Below, in pieces: positions 39,471 through 49,724 of a stretch of DNA of 64,000 nt (position 1 is its first letter; every line of letters begins with the position of its first letter). The notes under the pieces were generated by a model that was given only the letters and a program-made list of their open reading frames with translations, made no database searches and had not been told where the DNA came from. This DNA comes from Candidatus Latescibacterota bacterium (lineage in GTDB: Bacteria > Latescibacterota > UBA2968 > GCA-2709665). The position numbers and the translations under genes are program-made. The DNA lies in contig CAXXJS010000020.1 of assembly GCA_963662665.2 (NCBI GenBank), positions 128,001-192,000 of the forward strand. Reading direction: 5' to 3'.

Positions 39471-40835
39471 ATGAAACGCGAGCACATTTTTGCCCACTAC
39501 GAACAGGACGCGACCCGGTACTGGAAACTGAGGGAGGGCGGATACGCAAGCCCGATGAGCGTGTTCCAGGGTGACGAAATCACATTTCATATCTCGAATT
39601 CCAGATCGTACTACGACGTGTTCGTGTACCATGAAGGCGCCGGGCGGCGTCTTGTAAAGGAGATGAACAACCTGCGCGGCGCGCTTCCTGAGATTCCCGA
39701 GTTCGGATACCGCGACGGATTCGCCTGGCCCGCGACGGTGGGTTTCCGGATTCCCGACGACTGGAAGAGCGGTGTCTACGTTGCCAGTTTCCCCACCGCC
39801 CAGGGGACCCGCGAGATCCTGTTCGTGGTCCGTCCGCGGGTTCCCCGCGCACCGGTCCTTCTCACGATAGAGACCAACACCTATGCCGCTTACAACCCGG
39901 TGGGAGGCAAGAGCCTCTTTCACTACCTGTCCACAGATCGGACGCACAGCGACCTCGTGACGTTCGAACGGCCGCTGCAGCCCGACATCATGGGCGGGTT
40001 CTACGCCTGGGACCAGTTCATCACCTCCTGGATGGACGCCGAGGGTTATCCGGTGGACTATTGCGTTAACGCGGACCATGATCGGGAGCCGGACATTCTC
40101 GACGGCTATGCCGCACATCTGAGGATCGGTCACGGCGAGTATACCAGCCGGGAGGAATGCGAACAGCTCCAGCGGTTCGTCGCCCGTGGCGGCAACCTGA
40201 TCGTGCTGGCGGGGAACTCGTTTTCGCACCTGGTGGAGACGCGGAACAACGGACGTCAGCTCTATTGCGCCAAGACCCGGTACAAAAAGCACCCGCTGGG
40301 CACCCCGGAGGACCCGCACACGTCCCTGCTGCGCGGCATCGACAACCTTCGCCAGCGAACCATCGGGGTCTCATACTCGGCCGCCGTCCATGCGAAAACC
40401 ACGACTCCAGACGTATTTATCGCGCCTACAACCGGGGAGTACGGGTTCTTCCGCGTGAGCCGTCCCGAACACTGGGCGTTCGAAGGGACCGGGTTGGAAG
40501 AAGGGGACGAGTTCGGACGCGAGGACTCCATCGTGGGCGTGGAGTGCGACGGCGGCGACATCGAATTCAGGGAAGGAAAGCCCTATTTCACCGGCAGCGA
40601 CGGGATCAGCCCGCACTACAGGATCATCGCCATCGGAGACGCAGAAGACCACGGATTCAACGCGGATCTCGGTATTCACTACGACCGGTTCTACGCCACC
40701 ATCGCCGTGAACGAGACGGAGTTCAAGGGGACGGTCTTCACGGCGGCAACCATGGAATGGTCGCACGGACTGTACAGGAATGACGGTCCCGTGGCGCAGA
40801 TCACCCGCAATGTCCTGGACCGTCTGGGGGGGTAA
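39471..40835 (+). CDS. N,N-dimethylformamidase beta-subunit-like (DUF6605) protein
   Basis: IPDDWKSGVY, NTYAAYNPVGGKSL, VTFERP, IGHGEY, GGNL..LAGN, HWAFEGTGL..GD.FG, VGVECD, GTVFTAATMEW, QITRNVL. Confidence 0.75.
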   Translation: MKREHIFAHYEQDATRYWKLREGGYASPMSVFQGDEITFHISNSRSYYDVFVYHEGAGRRLVKEMNNLRGALPEIPEFGYRDGFAWPATVGFRIPDDWKSGVYVASFPTAQGTREILFVVRPRVPRAPVLLTIETNTYAAYNPVGGKSLFHYLSTDRTHSDLVTFERPLQPDIMGGFYAWDQFITSWMDAEGYPVDYCVNADHDREPDILDGYAAHLRIGHGEYTSREECEQLQRFVARGGNLIVLAGNSFSHLVETRNNGRQLYCAKTRYKKHPLGTPEDPHTSLLRGIDNLRQRTIGVSYSAAVHAKTTTPDVFIAPTTGEYGFFRVSRPEHWAFEGTGLEEGDEFGREDSIVGVECDGGDIEFREGKPYFTGSDGISPHYRIIAIGDAEDHGFNADLGIHYDRFYATIAVNETEFKGTVFTAATMEWSHGLYRNDGPVAQITRNVLDRLGG

Positions 40836-40924
40836 CCCGCGTCCGCGGACTCCCTCATGCGCCTGTCGGCCTTACTCTCATTCTGCGCTTGACTTTGTAT
40901 AGGGCCGGGCCCATTATCCTCTTT

Positions 40925-42082
40925 ATGGGAAACGCCGGGTCGACGTATGACGTAGTCGTGGCCGGGCTGGGCGCGATGGGCAGCGCGGCCGTGTACCATC
41001 TGGCGAAGCGCGGTAAGCGGGTGGCGGGTTTCGACCGGTTTCATCCGCCGCACACCCGCGGATCGTCGCACGGACACGCGCGGGTGATCCGCGAGGCCTA
41101 CGCCAGCGGGCCGGCCTATGTAAATCTGGTCCGGCGCGCGTACGCGTTGTGGGAAACGCTGGAAGACGAAACCGGCACGGAACTCGTAAAGACGTACGGC
41201 CACCTGTCCATGCGGCCGCCCGGCAAAGACGAACGCCACGGGGTTCTGGAGAGTGCGCGTGCGTACAATATCCCTGTCGAGCGGGTCTCGGCGGAAGACG
41301 TGCGGCGGCGGTATCCCATGTTCCGCGTCGACGACGCCTGGGAGGGTATTTTTGAACCGAGGGCGGGCGCGGTCTTTCCGGAGGCCTGCATCGGCGCGCA
41401 TCTGAGCGGGGCGGAAGCCGCAGGGGCCGAATTGAACTTCGATTGTCCCGTACAGGACTGGTCGCCCGATGGACGCGGGGTGCGGGTGAGGTCGCAGTCG
41501 GGCGCAATATCTGCGGGCCGGCTGGTGGTCTGTGCGGGCGCCTGGGTCTCCCGGCTCGTGGCGGATCTGGCGCTCCCCGTCGAAGTCGAGCGGATGACGC
41601 TGTTCTTTTTTCGGCCGTTGCAGAACCCGGGGCTGTTCGCGCCCGAACGCTGCCCCAATAATTCCTGGACGTGCGAGAACGGCGTTTCTTTCTATTGTCA
41701 GCCTGATTTCGGCCGTGGCTTCAAAGCGGCGATGCACCGCGGGCGCCCCGGAATAGACCCGGAAACGCTCGTGCGGACGACCACCGCGGAGGATGAAGCC
41801 GAAATTCGTCCGCTGGTGGAACGGTTCATTCCCGATGCGGCGGGGCCCGTTATCGAAAGCCATGTGTGCATGTATACGAATCTTCCGGACTCGAAGTGGA
41901 TTGTAGACGCCCATCCCGACCATGAACAGGTCATTATTGCCTCGCCCTGTTCGGGGCACGGGTTCAAATTTTCGTCGGTGATCGGAGAGATCGTGGCGAA
42001 TATGTGTACGGGCGAAGCCGATGAAGCGGAGCGCGGGATGTTCGGGATTTCGCCGCTTCTTGCGCGAGGACCGCGGACATGA
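40925..42082 (+). CDS. Monomeric sarcosine oxidase / N-methyl-L-tryptophan oxidase family flavoprotein
   Basis: GLGAMGSAA, GSSHG..RVIR.AY, CAGAW, CMYT (flavinylation Cys), CSGHGFKF. Confidence 0.9.
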   Translation: MGNAGSTYDVVVAGLGAMGSAAVYHLAKRGKRVAGFDRFHPPHTRGSSHGHARVIREAYASGPAYVNLVRRAYALWETLEDETGTELVKTYGHLSMRPPGKDERHGVLESARAYNIPVERVSAEDVRRRYPMFRVDDAWEGIFEPRAGAVFPEACIGAHLSGAEAAGAELNFDCPVQDWSPDGRGVRVRSQSGAISAGRLVVCAGAWVSRLVADLALPVEVERMTLFFFRPLQNPGLFAPERCPNNSWTCENGVSFYCQPDFGRGFKAAMHRGRPGIDPETLVRTTTAEDEAEIRPLVERFIPDAAGPVIESHVCMYTNLPDSKWIVDAHPDHEQVIIASPCSGHGFKFSSVIGEIVANMCTGEADEAERGMFGISPLLARGPRT

Positions 42083-43050
42083 CAATTCAGGATCACGTCT
42101 CCTGGGCTGATTTCAACGACGATACGCTGCGCTTTTCGCGTGCGATCGGCGCGGACATGATCTGCCTGGATATTCGATCCATGCACAGGCTGGATCCCTC
42201 GATGGATCTTCGCGACGGCCGGGACAGTCGCCCTTTCTTTGAATCTGCCCGAAAAAGGGTGGAAGCCCAAGGCATGCAGTTGAACAGCGTCTTCATGGCA
42301 GGGTGGGACGAACTGGCATTCGGCCTTCCCGACCGCGAAGTAAAGCTCGAGGCGTGGTGCCGGATGTTGCGCTGTCTGGGCGAGGCGGGCATACCCGCGC
42401 TGGGCTACAACTTCAAGCCCATGGGCAACTTCCGCACGGCCTCAACGCCCCCGGGTCGGGGCGGGTCCAGATACAGCACGTTCGATTACGAGGCATTCTC
42501 GAAGAACAGGCCCGACCCGCACGATCCTCCGGTAGACGAGGCGGAGATCTGGGCGAATATGAAGACTTTTCTGGAGGGTGTCGTACCGGTGGCGGAGGAG
42601 GCTGGCGTGAGGATGGCGCTGCACCCGGACGACCCGCCAATCCCCGAACCGCTTGGCGGTGTTGCCCAGATCGTGTCCACTCTGGACCAGTACCGCCGGA
42701 TCTTCGCGGCGGCGCCCGGTGACTGTAACGGGATGCTGTTCTGCCAGGGCTGCGTGACCGAAATGGGCGTGGACGTCTACGAGACCATCCGTGAAATGGG
42801 ACTGTGCAACAAGATCGTATACGTGCATTTCAGAAACGTGCGCGGGGCTCTGCCCAGTTTCCAGGAGGTTTTCCTGGATGAGGGCGACGTGAATATGCTC
42901 CGGGCGATGGAGGTCTACAAGGAGGTCGGGTTCAACGGACCGTTCATGATGGATCATACGCCGGGTATCCCCGGCGACGAGAAATCCAGGGCTGGGCACG
43001 CGTATGCCGTGGGGTACATACGCGCGCTGATACAGACGGTCTACGGATGA
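42079..43050 (+). CDS. Mannonate dehydratase (UxuA)-family protein, paralog 1
   Basis: GYNFKP, VPVAEEAGVRMALHPDDPP, FCQG, VHFRNV, DEGD, MMDHTP, YAVGYIRAL. Confidence 0.88.
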   Translation: MTIQDHVSWADFNDDTLRFSRAIGADMICLDIRSMHRLDPSMDLRDGRDSRPFFESARKRVEAQGMQLNSVFMAGWDELAFGLPDREVKLEAWCRMLRCLGEAGIPALGYNFKPMGNFRTASTPPGRGGSRYSTFDYEAFSKNRPDPHDPPVDEAEIWANMKTFLEGVVPVAEEAGVRMALHPDDPPIPEPLGGVAQIVSTLDQYRRIFAAAPGDCNGMLFCQGCVTEMGVDVYETIREMGLCNKIVYVHFRNVRGALPSFQEVFLDEGDVNMLRAMEVYKEVGFNGPFMMDHTPGIPGDEKSRAGHAYAVGYIRALIQTVYG

Positions 43051-43086
43051 CTATTTTCAGTTTCGTAAACTGAAGGAGTATCGAAA

Positions 43087-44040
43087 ATGTACATACAGGA
43101 ACAGCTTCCATGGGACCAGATCAATGACGATACGCTGAGTTTCTTCAAGGCGATCGGCGTGGACTACCTGACGGTGAACGCCATACCGCCGGACGTCCGT
43201 CAGGGCAGGGACCGCACGGGGTTCTGGCAGGATCTGAAAACACTGGCCGAATCCCATGGGTTGAAACTGACGAACCTTGCGGCAACCGGATGGGACGAGA
43301 TATCACTCGCGCTTGCGGATCGCGACGAAAAGATCGACGCGTGGTGCCGGCTCCTGCAAAGTATGGGCAAGGTGGGCATTCCAACGCTGGGCTACAATTT
43401 CAAGCCGGCGGGCAATTTCCGTACCGAGTCCGTACCGCCCGGCCGGGGGGGCGCCAGGTACAGTACGTTCGATTACGGGAAATTTATGGTAGATCCGCCG
43501 TACTATCCCGATAAGGCGATTTCCGAGGAGAAGATCCTGGAGAACATCCGATATTTCCTGGAACGCGTTATCCCGGTGGCGGAAGAGAACAACGTTCGCA
43601 TGGCGTTGCACCCGGACGATCCGCCGATTCCGGAACCCATGGCCGGCGCGGCGAGGATCGTGTCCACCCTCGAACAATATCATCACATATTCGATATGGT
43701 CCCCAGCCGCAGCAACGCCATGTTGTTCTGCCAGGGCTGCGTGGCGGAGATGGGCGAGGATGTATGCGATGCGATCCGGAATATCGGCAGCCGGGACAAA
43801 ATCGTCTACGTGCATTTCAGGAATATCCGGGGCGGACCCAGGAGTTTTCAGGAGGTCTTCGTGGACGAGGGAGACCAGGACATGTACGAGGCGATGCGGA
43901 CTTACAAGGAAGTGGGTTTCGAGGGACCGTTCATGATGGATCATACGCCGGGATTTCCGAATACGGATTCCACGTTCTGGGGGGGACGCGCGTTTGCCGT
44001 GGGGTATATGAGGGCGCTGATCCAGGCGGTTTATCGATAG
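43087..44040 (+). CDS. Mannonate dehydratase (UxuA)-family protein, paralog 2
   Basis: Same motif set: GYNFKP, MALHPDDPP, FCQG, VHFRNI, DEGD, MMDHTP, FAVGYMRAL. Confidence 0.88.
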   Translation: MYIQEQLPWDQINDDTLSFFKAIGVDYLTVNAIPPDVRQGRDRTGFWQDLKTLAESHGLKLTNLAATGWDEISLALADRDEKIDAWCRLLQSMGKVGIPTLGYNFKPAGNFRTESVPPGRGGARYSTFDYGKFMVDPPYYPDKAISEEKILENIRYFLERVIPVAEENNVRMALHPDDPPIPEPMAGAARIVSTLEQYHHIFDMVPSRSNAMLFCQGCVAEMGEDVCDAIRNIGSRDKIVYVHFRNIRGGPRSFQEVFVDEGDQDMYEAMRTYKEVGFEGPFMMDHTPGFPNTDSTFWGGRAFAVGYMRALIQAVYR

Positions 44041-44140
44041 ACATTCTGTTTCCGGACTCCCCTCGACAGAATGTCCTTCCCGGCGCCAACGGCCGGCGGG
44101 GGGTCGGAATCCCGATATGACGTGCAGACTGGAGGCGACT

Positions 44141-45148
44141 ATGGCGAATCCGGGGAAGAAAACAAGAAAAAACACCCGGCACACGAAAACAGTACGCGTG
44201 GCGATGATCGGGGCGGGCGGTCGCGCTACCAGCGCGCACTATCCCGCTCTCAAGGCGATTGAGGGCGTCGAAATCGTTGGCGTGTCGGAATTGAGCGAAC
44301 AAAGGATGGCCTCTGCCGCCGAACGTTTCGACATTCCGGGGCAGTATTCGGATTACAGGGAGATGATTCAAAAGGAAAAACCCCATGCCGTGTACGCCAT
44401 CATGCCGCCACATCATCTGTACGATATCGCGGCAACCGTGATGGAGATGGGTTGCCATCTGTTCATCGAAAAACCCCCCGCAATGACAACCGAACAGACC
44501 CGACAATTGGCGCTTATCGCACAGGAGCATGAGGTGCTCACCGGTGTGACGTTCCAGAGGCGGTTCGCGCCTGTAATCCGGTACGGGAAGGAACTCTGCG
44601 AGAAGCGTGGGGCCGTCCACAGCGCCGTGGCCACGTTCTACAAGAATGCCGTTGGAGGCGCGCCGTATTACAGGGGAGCGATCGATATCCTCACGTCCGA
44701 CGCCATTCACGCTGTAGACACGCTACGCTACCTGTGCGGCGGCGAAGTGGAATCGGTGGCCAGCGACGTCCGCCGGGCGGGCGCCACGCACACCAATATC
44801 TACCTGGCGCTGGTGACGTTCAGTTCCGGGGCCACCGGCGTGCTGCTCACCAACTGGATGACGGGGCGACGTATCTTTTCCGTGGAAATTCATTCACCCG
44901 GTATTTCGGTATTCGGGGACCCGGAAGAAGGCGGACGGGTATTCGCGGATAATAAGGACGAACCCGTGGAGGTACTCGATCCCTTCCGTCTCGGCGGCAG
45001 CGACGACACCTGGCGCGCCTTCGGCGCGTACGACACCAACCGTCACTTTGTCGACTGTATAAGAGACGGAAAACAGCCGGAGACGTGCCTCGAAGACGCG
45101 GTAAAGACAATGGAACTGGTGGATCGGATTTATCAGTCGCAAATTTGA
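44141..45148 (+). CDS. Gfo/Idh/MocA oxidoreductase
   Basis: AMIGAGG, HLFIEKP, FQRRF, DAIHAVD. Confidence 0.88.
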   Translation: MANPGKKTRKNTRHTKTVRVAMIGAGGRATSAHYPALKAIEGVEIVGVSELSEQRMASAAERFDIPGQYSDYREMIQKEKPHAVYAIMPPHHLYDIAATVMEMGCHLFIEKPPAMTTEQTRQLALIAQEHEVLTGVTFQRRFAPVIRYGKELCEKRGAVHSAVATFYKNAVGGAPYYRGAIDILTSDAIHAVDTLRYLCGGEVESVASDVRRAGATHTNIYLALVTFSSGATGVLLTNWMTGRRIFSVEIHSPGISVFGDPEEGGRVFADNKDEPVEVLDPFRLGGSDDTWRAFGAYDTNRHFVDCIRDGKQPETCLEDAVKTMELVDRIYQSQI

Positions 45149-45178
45149 CCTGGACTGAATAATGCTACGAAGGATCAT

Positions 45179-45205
45179 GTACCGCGAATTGCCAATTCGC
45201 GGTAC
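45179..45205. other. Perfect intergenic hairpin
   Basis: GTACCGCGAATT-GCC-AATTCGCGGTAC, 12-bp stem. Confidence 0.6.
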
Positions 45206-45250
45206 GGCGGACCGCTCAAGGCCACGCGTTTACCGATGGAGAGGATTGAG

Positions 45251-46069
45251 ATGAAATACATTATGTTTACGAAACATCTGGAAGGTCTGGACGTGCCCGG
45301 CATCATTGCCGCGTTGAAATCGGTGGGCGTGCAGGGCGCCGACCTGTGCGTGCGCCCGGGCTATCCGGTACATCCCGGTAACGTCGAAAAAGCGCTCCCG
45401 GAAGCGGCCCGGCGGTTTGCCGATGAAGGGCTTTCCATTCCCCTGGTGACCACGCCGGGCGACTTCATCACGCCGGCGATGGATTATGCGGACCGTCTGT
45501 ACGCGGCCTGCGGCGAAGCCGGCGTGAGGCATATCAAACTGGGGTACTGGCACTGGACCGCGGGGATGGATTATTGGGAAGAACTGGAGGCGGTGCGGGG
45601 CCATCTCGAAGGGTTTCAGACCCTGTCCGGGAAACACGGGGTTCAGACCGTTGTGCATAACCACTCGGGGCTTTCCATGGGGCTTAACTCCAGTGCGGCC
45701 ATGAATGCGGTCAAGGGTTTCGATCCCCGGCATATCGGTGTTTTCGCAGACCCGGGGCATCTTTCCATCTGTGGAGAGCCGATTGAACTGGCGCTGGACA
45801 TCGTAAAGTCGCACCTGTCGGTTGTGGCGCTCAAAGATCTGATCCGGCAGCCGACACTGCAGAACGGAAGGACAACCTGGCGCACACGGGTGGTGCGGCT
45901 GGGCGAGGGGTTTGGAGACTGGCCCGCATTGTTGCGCGCGTTCAAGGCGGTAAACTTCAACGGACCCCTGAGCTTCCATAGCGAATACAGCGGGGAACCG
46001 GTGGACACGGTTATCGATCTGGCAAGGTCGGACGTGCGGTTCTTCACCGCGCTGCGGAACGCGGGATAA
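45251..46069 (+). CDS. Sugar phosphate isomerase/epimerase (xylose-isomerase-like TIM barrel)
   Basis: FTKHL, DLCVRPG, HNHSG, DPGH, ALKD, LGEG, GPLSFHSEY. Confidence 0.82.
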   Translation: MKYIMFTKHLEGLDVPGIIAALKSVGVQGADLCVRPGYPVHPGNVEKALPEAARRFADEGLSIPLVTTPGDFITPAMDYADRLYAACGEAGVRHIKLGYWHWTAGMDYWEELEAVRGHLEGFQTLSGKHGVQTVVHNHSGLSMGLNSSAAMNAVKGFDPRHIGVFADPGHLSICGEPIELALDIVKSHLSVVALKDLIRQPTLQNGRTTWRTRVVRLGEGFGDWPALLRAFKAVNFNGPLSFHSEYSGEPVDTVIDLARSDVRFFTALRNAG

Positions 46070-46146
46070 CGGGCGACCGAACCGATATACAGCGAAGGGC
46101 GACCCGGAACCGGGCCGCCCTTTCTCTGATATATGTAAGCGGGTAT

Positions 46147-49100
46147 TCAGTCCAGAACCGCCCTGCAATTCCCCCGGATCCGAAATCGCCCGTCGCTCTG
46201 TCTGAAGGCCGTGGCAGTTGGCGTGACCGCTACGGAGTCGCCTGGCCCAATGTCGTAGAGATAGCCGATTTCGCCGACTTTGAACCTCGCGGAAAGGTCG
46301 TGTCTGCCCACCAGCCGGATGCCTGCGTCGCGGCGGGCGCCTGGCCGGTGCGGCGCGAGGTCCACGTCGTCAACGGGCAACCAGAGGGTGTGGTCTTTGT
46401 CCGTGAGCCATGCGCCCCTGTAATAACCCTGGGCCCCCATATACAGGTTGGTCTTCGTGGACAGGCCCGTTCCATCCGGATTTCGACCGGTGATCACGAA
46501 CCGGCCTATCCGGAAACTGTCGGTGCCGAAGCGGATGCGATACCGCCCGCCCCTGCCTTCCACGGCGGTGATATTGTAGGCTGTGCCGCGCCGGGCGTTT
46601 CCGATGCGGGCGACTTCACCCTTGAGGCCCGCTCTTCGAAAGGCCTGGCTTCCGCGATCCCGTTCCACGACAATCGAGGAAGATTCCGGATCGATTTCTG
46701 CAATATGCCCGTGAAGGGTTCCGGGTATGGAGAGTGTACGTCCGTCGGCGCCGATGCTGCCCGGGCCGGACAGGTGCAGGTAGACCAGATTCCCGTCCGC
46801 ATCGTTTCGAACGATTCCAAGGCTGCCTCCGGAAGGTCCGGGGGCGTGGCGGATCGTGTCTTCTCCGTATTGATGTTTAACCTTAAGCGTCAGGCTATCG
46901 TCTTCGGCATCCAGCTGCTCTATGGCGTGGATCTTTTTGCTACCCTTAAAGGGTTCATGTACGGCCACAAACCGGCTGGCGACTCCGTCGCCTCCGTTAC
47001 GCAGAAGTACGTAGGTGAGCTGCTTCGGGTTGCCCGGTTTTCTGGGGGGATCTCCGTGTGCGACAATGGCTTCGTCCGAGGGAAGGTACGTTGTATTAAG
47101 GCCGATGCCGGTCTTTCCGTCACGCCACGTTGAGGACCACGTCGATGCCGGACTCCCGTGTTGCACGTCGTACAGATAGGAGTAGCCGCCTCCCCGGTAG
47201 GTGTAGTATGAGCGGCCCTTCCTTAACGGGTCGGTAAGGCCGTCGTCGTCATAAATGGCGCCGTAAGGCACGTCCCGGCCGGCAAGCGTTCCCTGTTGCT
47301 GCGGAGGGGTGAGTTCAATGCCGTCCGCCGTGAATTCACTCTCGAATCCGTGCAGGCTGTAGTCGTGTTGCGCTCCCCCCGCCACGCGGAAGCAGTCCAG
47401 GACATAGCGGGCGTCCTTTGCGATTTCGATAAGCGCGACGGTCCGCCGGTATTCGGAAGTATGGTGATAGGTTTCCGGGGCGTCCACCTGCACCCAGGTC
47501 AGACCGCTGGTGCACACGAACTGCTCCAGCCTGCCGGGCCCCTGCGTATCCTGCCTTCGTTGGTCGACAACGACAGTGGCGTGGGCCACCGTGTTCTTTG
47601 TCCATATCGCAGGCCGGTCTCCCTCGGCGGCGTGTTCGCCGTAACCGAGGTCCGGGATGAGTTTTTTGCCGTACGCAAAGAGTTCGACGTTGAGTCGGTC
47701 GAAATGTGCGTGTTCGGTGGCCGCCCGTCCGTAGTACAGCGTCACGGCCGTGCGTTCGCGCCCTCTTCCGGACCGCAGCAGGGCGAGGCCGCAGCCGCCC
47801 ATAAGCCGGCTCTTCGTGGTCATCTCCCTGAGTTCTGCGGCGCCATTTTCGTGCGGGGAGAGCGCCAACGTTTCTTCCAGCAGGCACTCGAAGCCGGTGA
47901 CCCCGGTTTCCTGTCTTCGAAGAAGCTCGCCGACAAAGGGGTCGCCCGTTGCTCTGTACGCCGCCTGCAGGGTATCGCTTCCGAGGGCTACGTGGCCGCC
48001 AATCGTCGTTCCGGCGTCGCCAATGCACGGGGTGAAGCGATCCAGGCACGTCATTTCCGCCGCCCAGCGGTACATACGCCGGAACTTCGGCCTGTCCCAG
48101 ATCCGAACGCCCTGTTTTTCCAACAGGCGGGCGATAACCGTGAGGTGCGTGACCCAGCTGCTGTTGTAACTGGGGGAACTCTCCCATCCCATCCCCTCAC
48201 GGAAGATAAGATTGTCCAGGGCGAAGTTGATCCCTTCGGCGTGGGCTGCCTTGTCCCGAAATACGTACCCGTCGAAACAGGTGAGCATCTCCTTGAGTTC
48301 CGTGGCTTCCCCCGTGTTATTCAACGTCCAATCTACGGCTCTGTCGATTTCGTTGCGGTCTCCTGACGCGAGCGCGGCAATCAGCAGGGCTTCCTGGTGT
48401 CCGCCATAGTTGCTCCGGACGTGCCCCCTGTAGATTCCGTCGAGGCTCGCACCGATAATGCCGGTATCGAGCTTCCTTCGAAATCCGTCGGCATCCGAGC
48501 CGAACACGGGGTCGTAGGGGATGGCGCCGCGAACGGCGTCCAGCGCCTGGCAGAGCCGGCGAACGGTCCCGGATTCGGAAATGAGATCATTCATTTTTCC
48601 TGTATAGCCGGGTGAGAACTCCAGGGCGTACATGGATTGCCTGCTGTAATCCATGTGTGGATAGACCTCCGCGAGGCGATCCAGAATAACGAGCGCCTTG
48701 TTGGCGTATCGGCCGTCGCCGCTGAGCAGATAGGCCTGTCCAAGGGAGGTAAGGCCGGCCATCACCGCGTTCCAGATACTACAACAACAATAGGCGATGA
48801 ACCAGTGGCGAAAGGGCCCGTCAGCGCCTTGCCAACCCCAGCCGTCGTCCGCGTACGGGCCGGTAAGCAGGCTCCGGTCCTCCATGCCGCTCTCATAGAA
48901 TGCCTCAAAGTCATTGCTGGGATAGGATTCGCCGCCTATGGCGCAGGTCACGCGCCATTTGTCCTTGAACGGATCGTGTTTCCAACCGCCCTGGGCGTAT
49001 CCGCCGTACCCGTTCGGACCGCTGCCGTGGACCGGACAGCCGCTGACGAAGTTGATGGTCCAGCTGCGAGGTACGTCAGGACTCGGCATCAGCCTGCGGA

Positions 49101-49230
49101 TTAAATCCTGATCCCGGTCAAGCCATGGGTCTGCGTCGGCAAAGACACGCCCTGCGATTTTCTTTGCCGCCGGGTCCTCCGCCGCGCGTTTCCGGGCAAG
49201 TTGAATCTGTTCCGGGGTGTAGAGATTCAC
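46147..49230 (-). CDS. Heparinase II/III-like polysaccharide lyase family protein
   Basis: ESSPSYN, PCIGDA, GLALLRSG, HAHFDRLNVELFA..LIPDLGY, W.KNT.AHATVVVD, YRRTVALI, YVLD.FRV.GG. GTG start after AGGAG. Confidence 0.75.
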   Translation of the reverse strand: MNLYTPEQIQLARKRAAEDPAAKKIAGRVFADADPWLDRDQDLIRRLMPSPDVPRSWTINFVSGCPVHGSGPNGYGGYAQGGWKHDPFKDKWRVTCAIGGESYPSNDFEAFYESGMEDRSLLTGPYADDGWGWQGADGPFRHWFIAYCCCSIWNAVMAGLTSLGQAYLLSGDGRYANKALVILDRLAEVYPHMDYSRQSMYALEFSPGYTGKMNDLISESGTVRRLCQALDAVRGAIPYDPVFGSDADGFRRKLDTGIIGASLDGIYRGHVRSNYGGHQEALLIAALASGDRNEIDRAVDWTLNNTGEATELKEMLTCFDGYVFRDKAAHAEGINFALDNLIFREGMGWESSPSYNSSWVTHLTVIARLLEKQGVRIWDRPKFRRMYRWAAEMTCLDRFTPCIGDAGTTIGGHVALGSDTLQAAYRATGDPFVGELLRRQETGVTGFECLLEETLALSPHENGAAELREMTTKSRLMGGCGLALLRSGRGRERTAVTLYYGRAATEHAHFDRLNVELFAYGKKLIPDLGYGEHAAEGDRPAIWTKNTVAHATVVVDQRRQDTQGPGRLEQFVCTSGLTWVQVDAPETYHHTSEYRRTVALIEIAKDARYVLDCFRVAGGAQHDYSLHGFESEFTADGIELTPPQQQGTLAGRDVPYGAIYDDDGLTDPLRKGRSYYTYRGGGYSYLYDVQHGSPASTWSSTWRDGKTGIGLNTTYLPSDEAIVAHGDPPRKPGNPKQLTYVLLRNGGDGVASRFVAVHEPFKGSKKIHAIEQLDAEDDSLTLKVKHQYGEDTIRHAPGPSGGSLGIVRNDADGNLVYLHLSGPGSIGADGRTLSIPGTLHGHIAEIDPESSSIVVERDRGSQAFRRAGLKGEVARIGNARRGTAYNITAVEGRGGRYRIRFGTDSFRIGRFVITGRNPDGTGLSTKTNLYMGAQGYYRGAWLTDKDHTLWLPVDDVDLAPHRPGARRDAGIRLVGRHDLSARFKVGEIGYLYDIGPGDSVAVTPTATAFRQSDGRFRIRGNCRAVLD

Positions 49231-49724
49231 CTGAACTCCTTGTCGTGTGTGACATCTGGCGCGGACGTTGCGTGCAGCTTCATGGAGCGGGCGTCTGCGC
49301 ATCCTGGGCATCGATGTGGCGCTGATCTTCGGCTCAACAGTATTTCAATAGCGAGGTGAATTCGCAAGCGTAATTTCGACCGCCGGGATGAAATGCGGCA
49401 GGCGCGCGGTGGATCACTGTTCGGCCCGGCGAGAACGGGTGATTCCCCCGCCGGACGGCGCCATCCTGCGCGACGTCGATGCCGGGGACGGCGCGGAAAC
49501 GGGATGTGTCGAACTTCATTCGCGCGCCCCTTGCCGTAGCGCTTGACGGTTGGCCCCATATTTGATAAATAGTCAGTGTTCTCCGGAGGATTTGTCGCTT
49601 CGGCACAGCTTCAACGCGTCAGCAAGAAACCTGGTATTCAGGCGACAATTCACAGGGTCGATCCCGGTCTTGGTTTCCAGGAGGACCTGGCATACTCAAC
49701 AGCACGCATTCGAGGGAAACGTGT

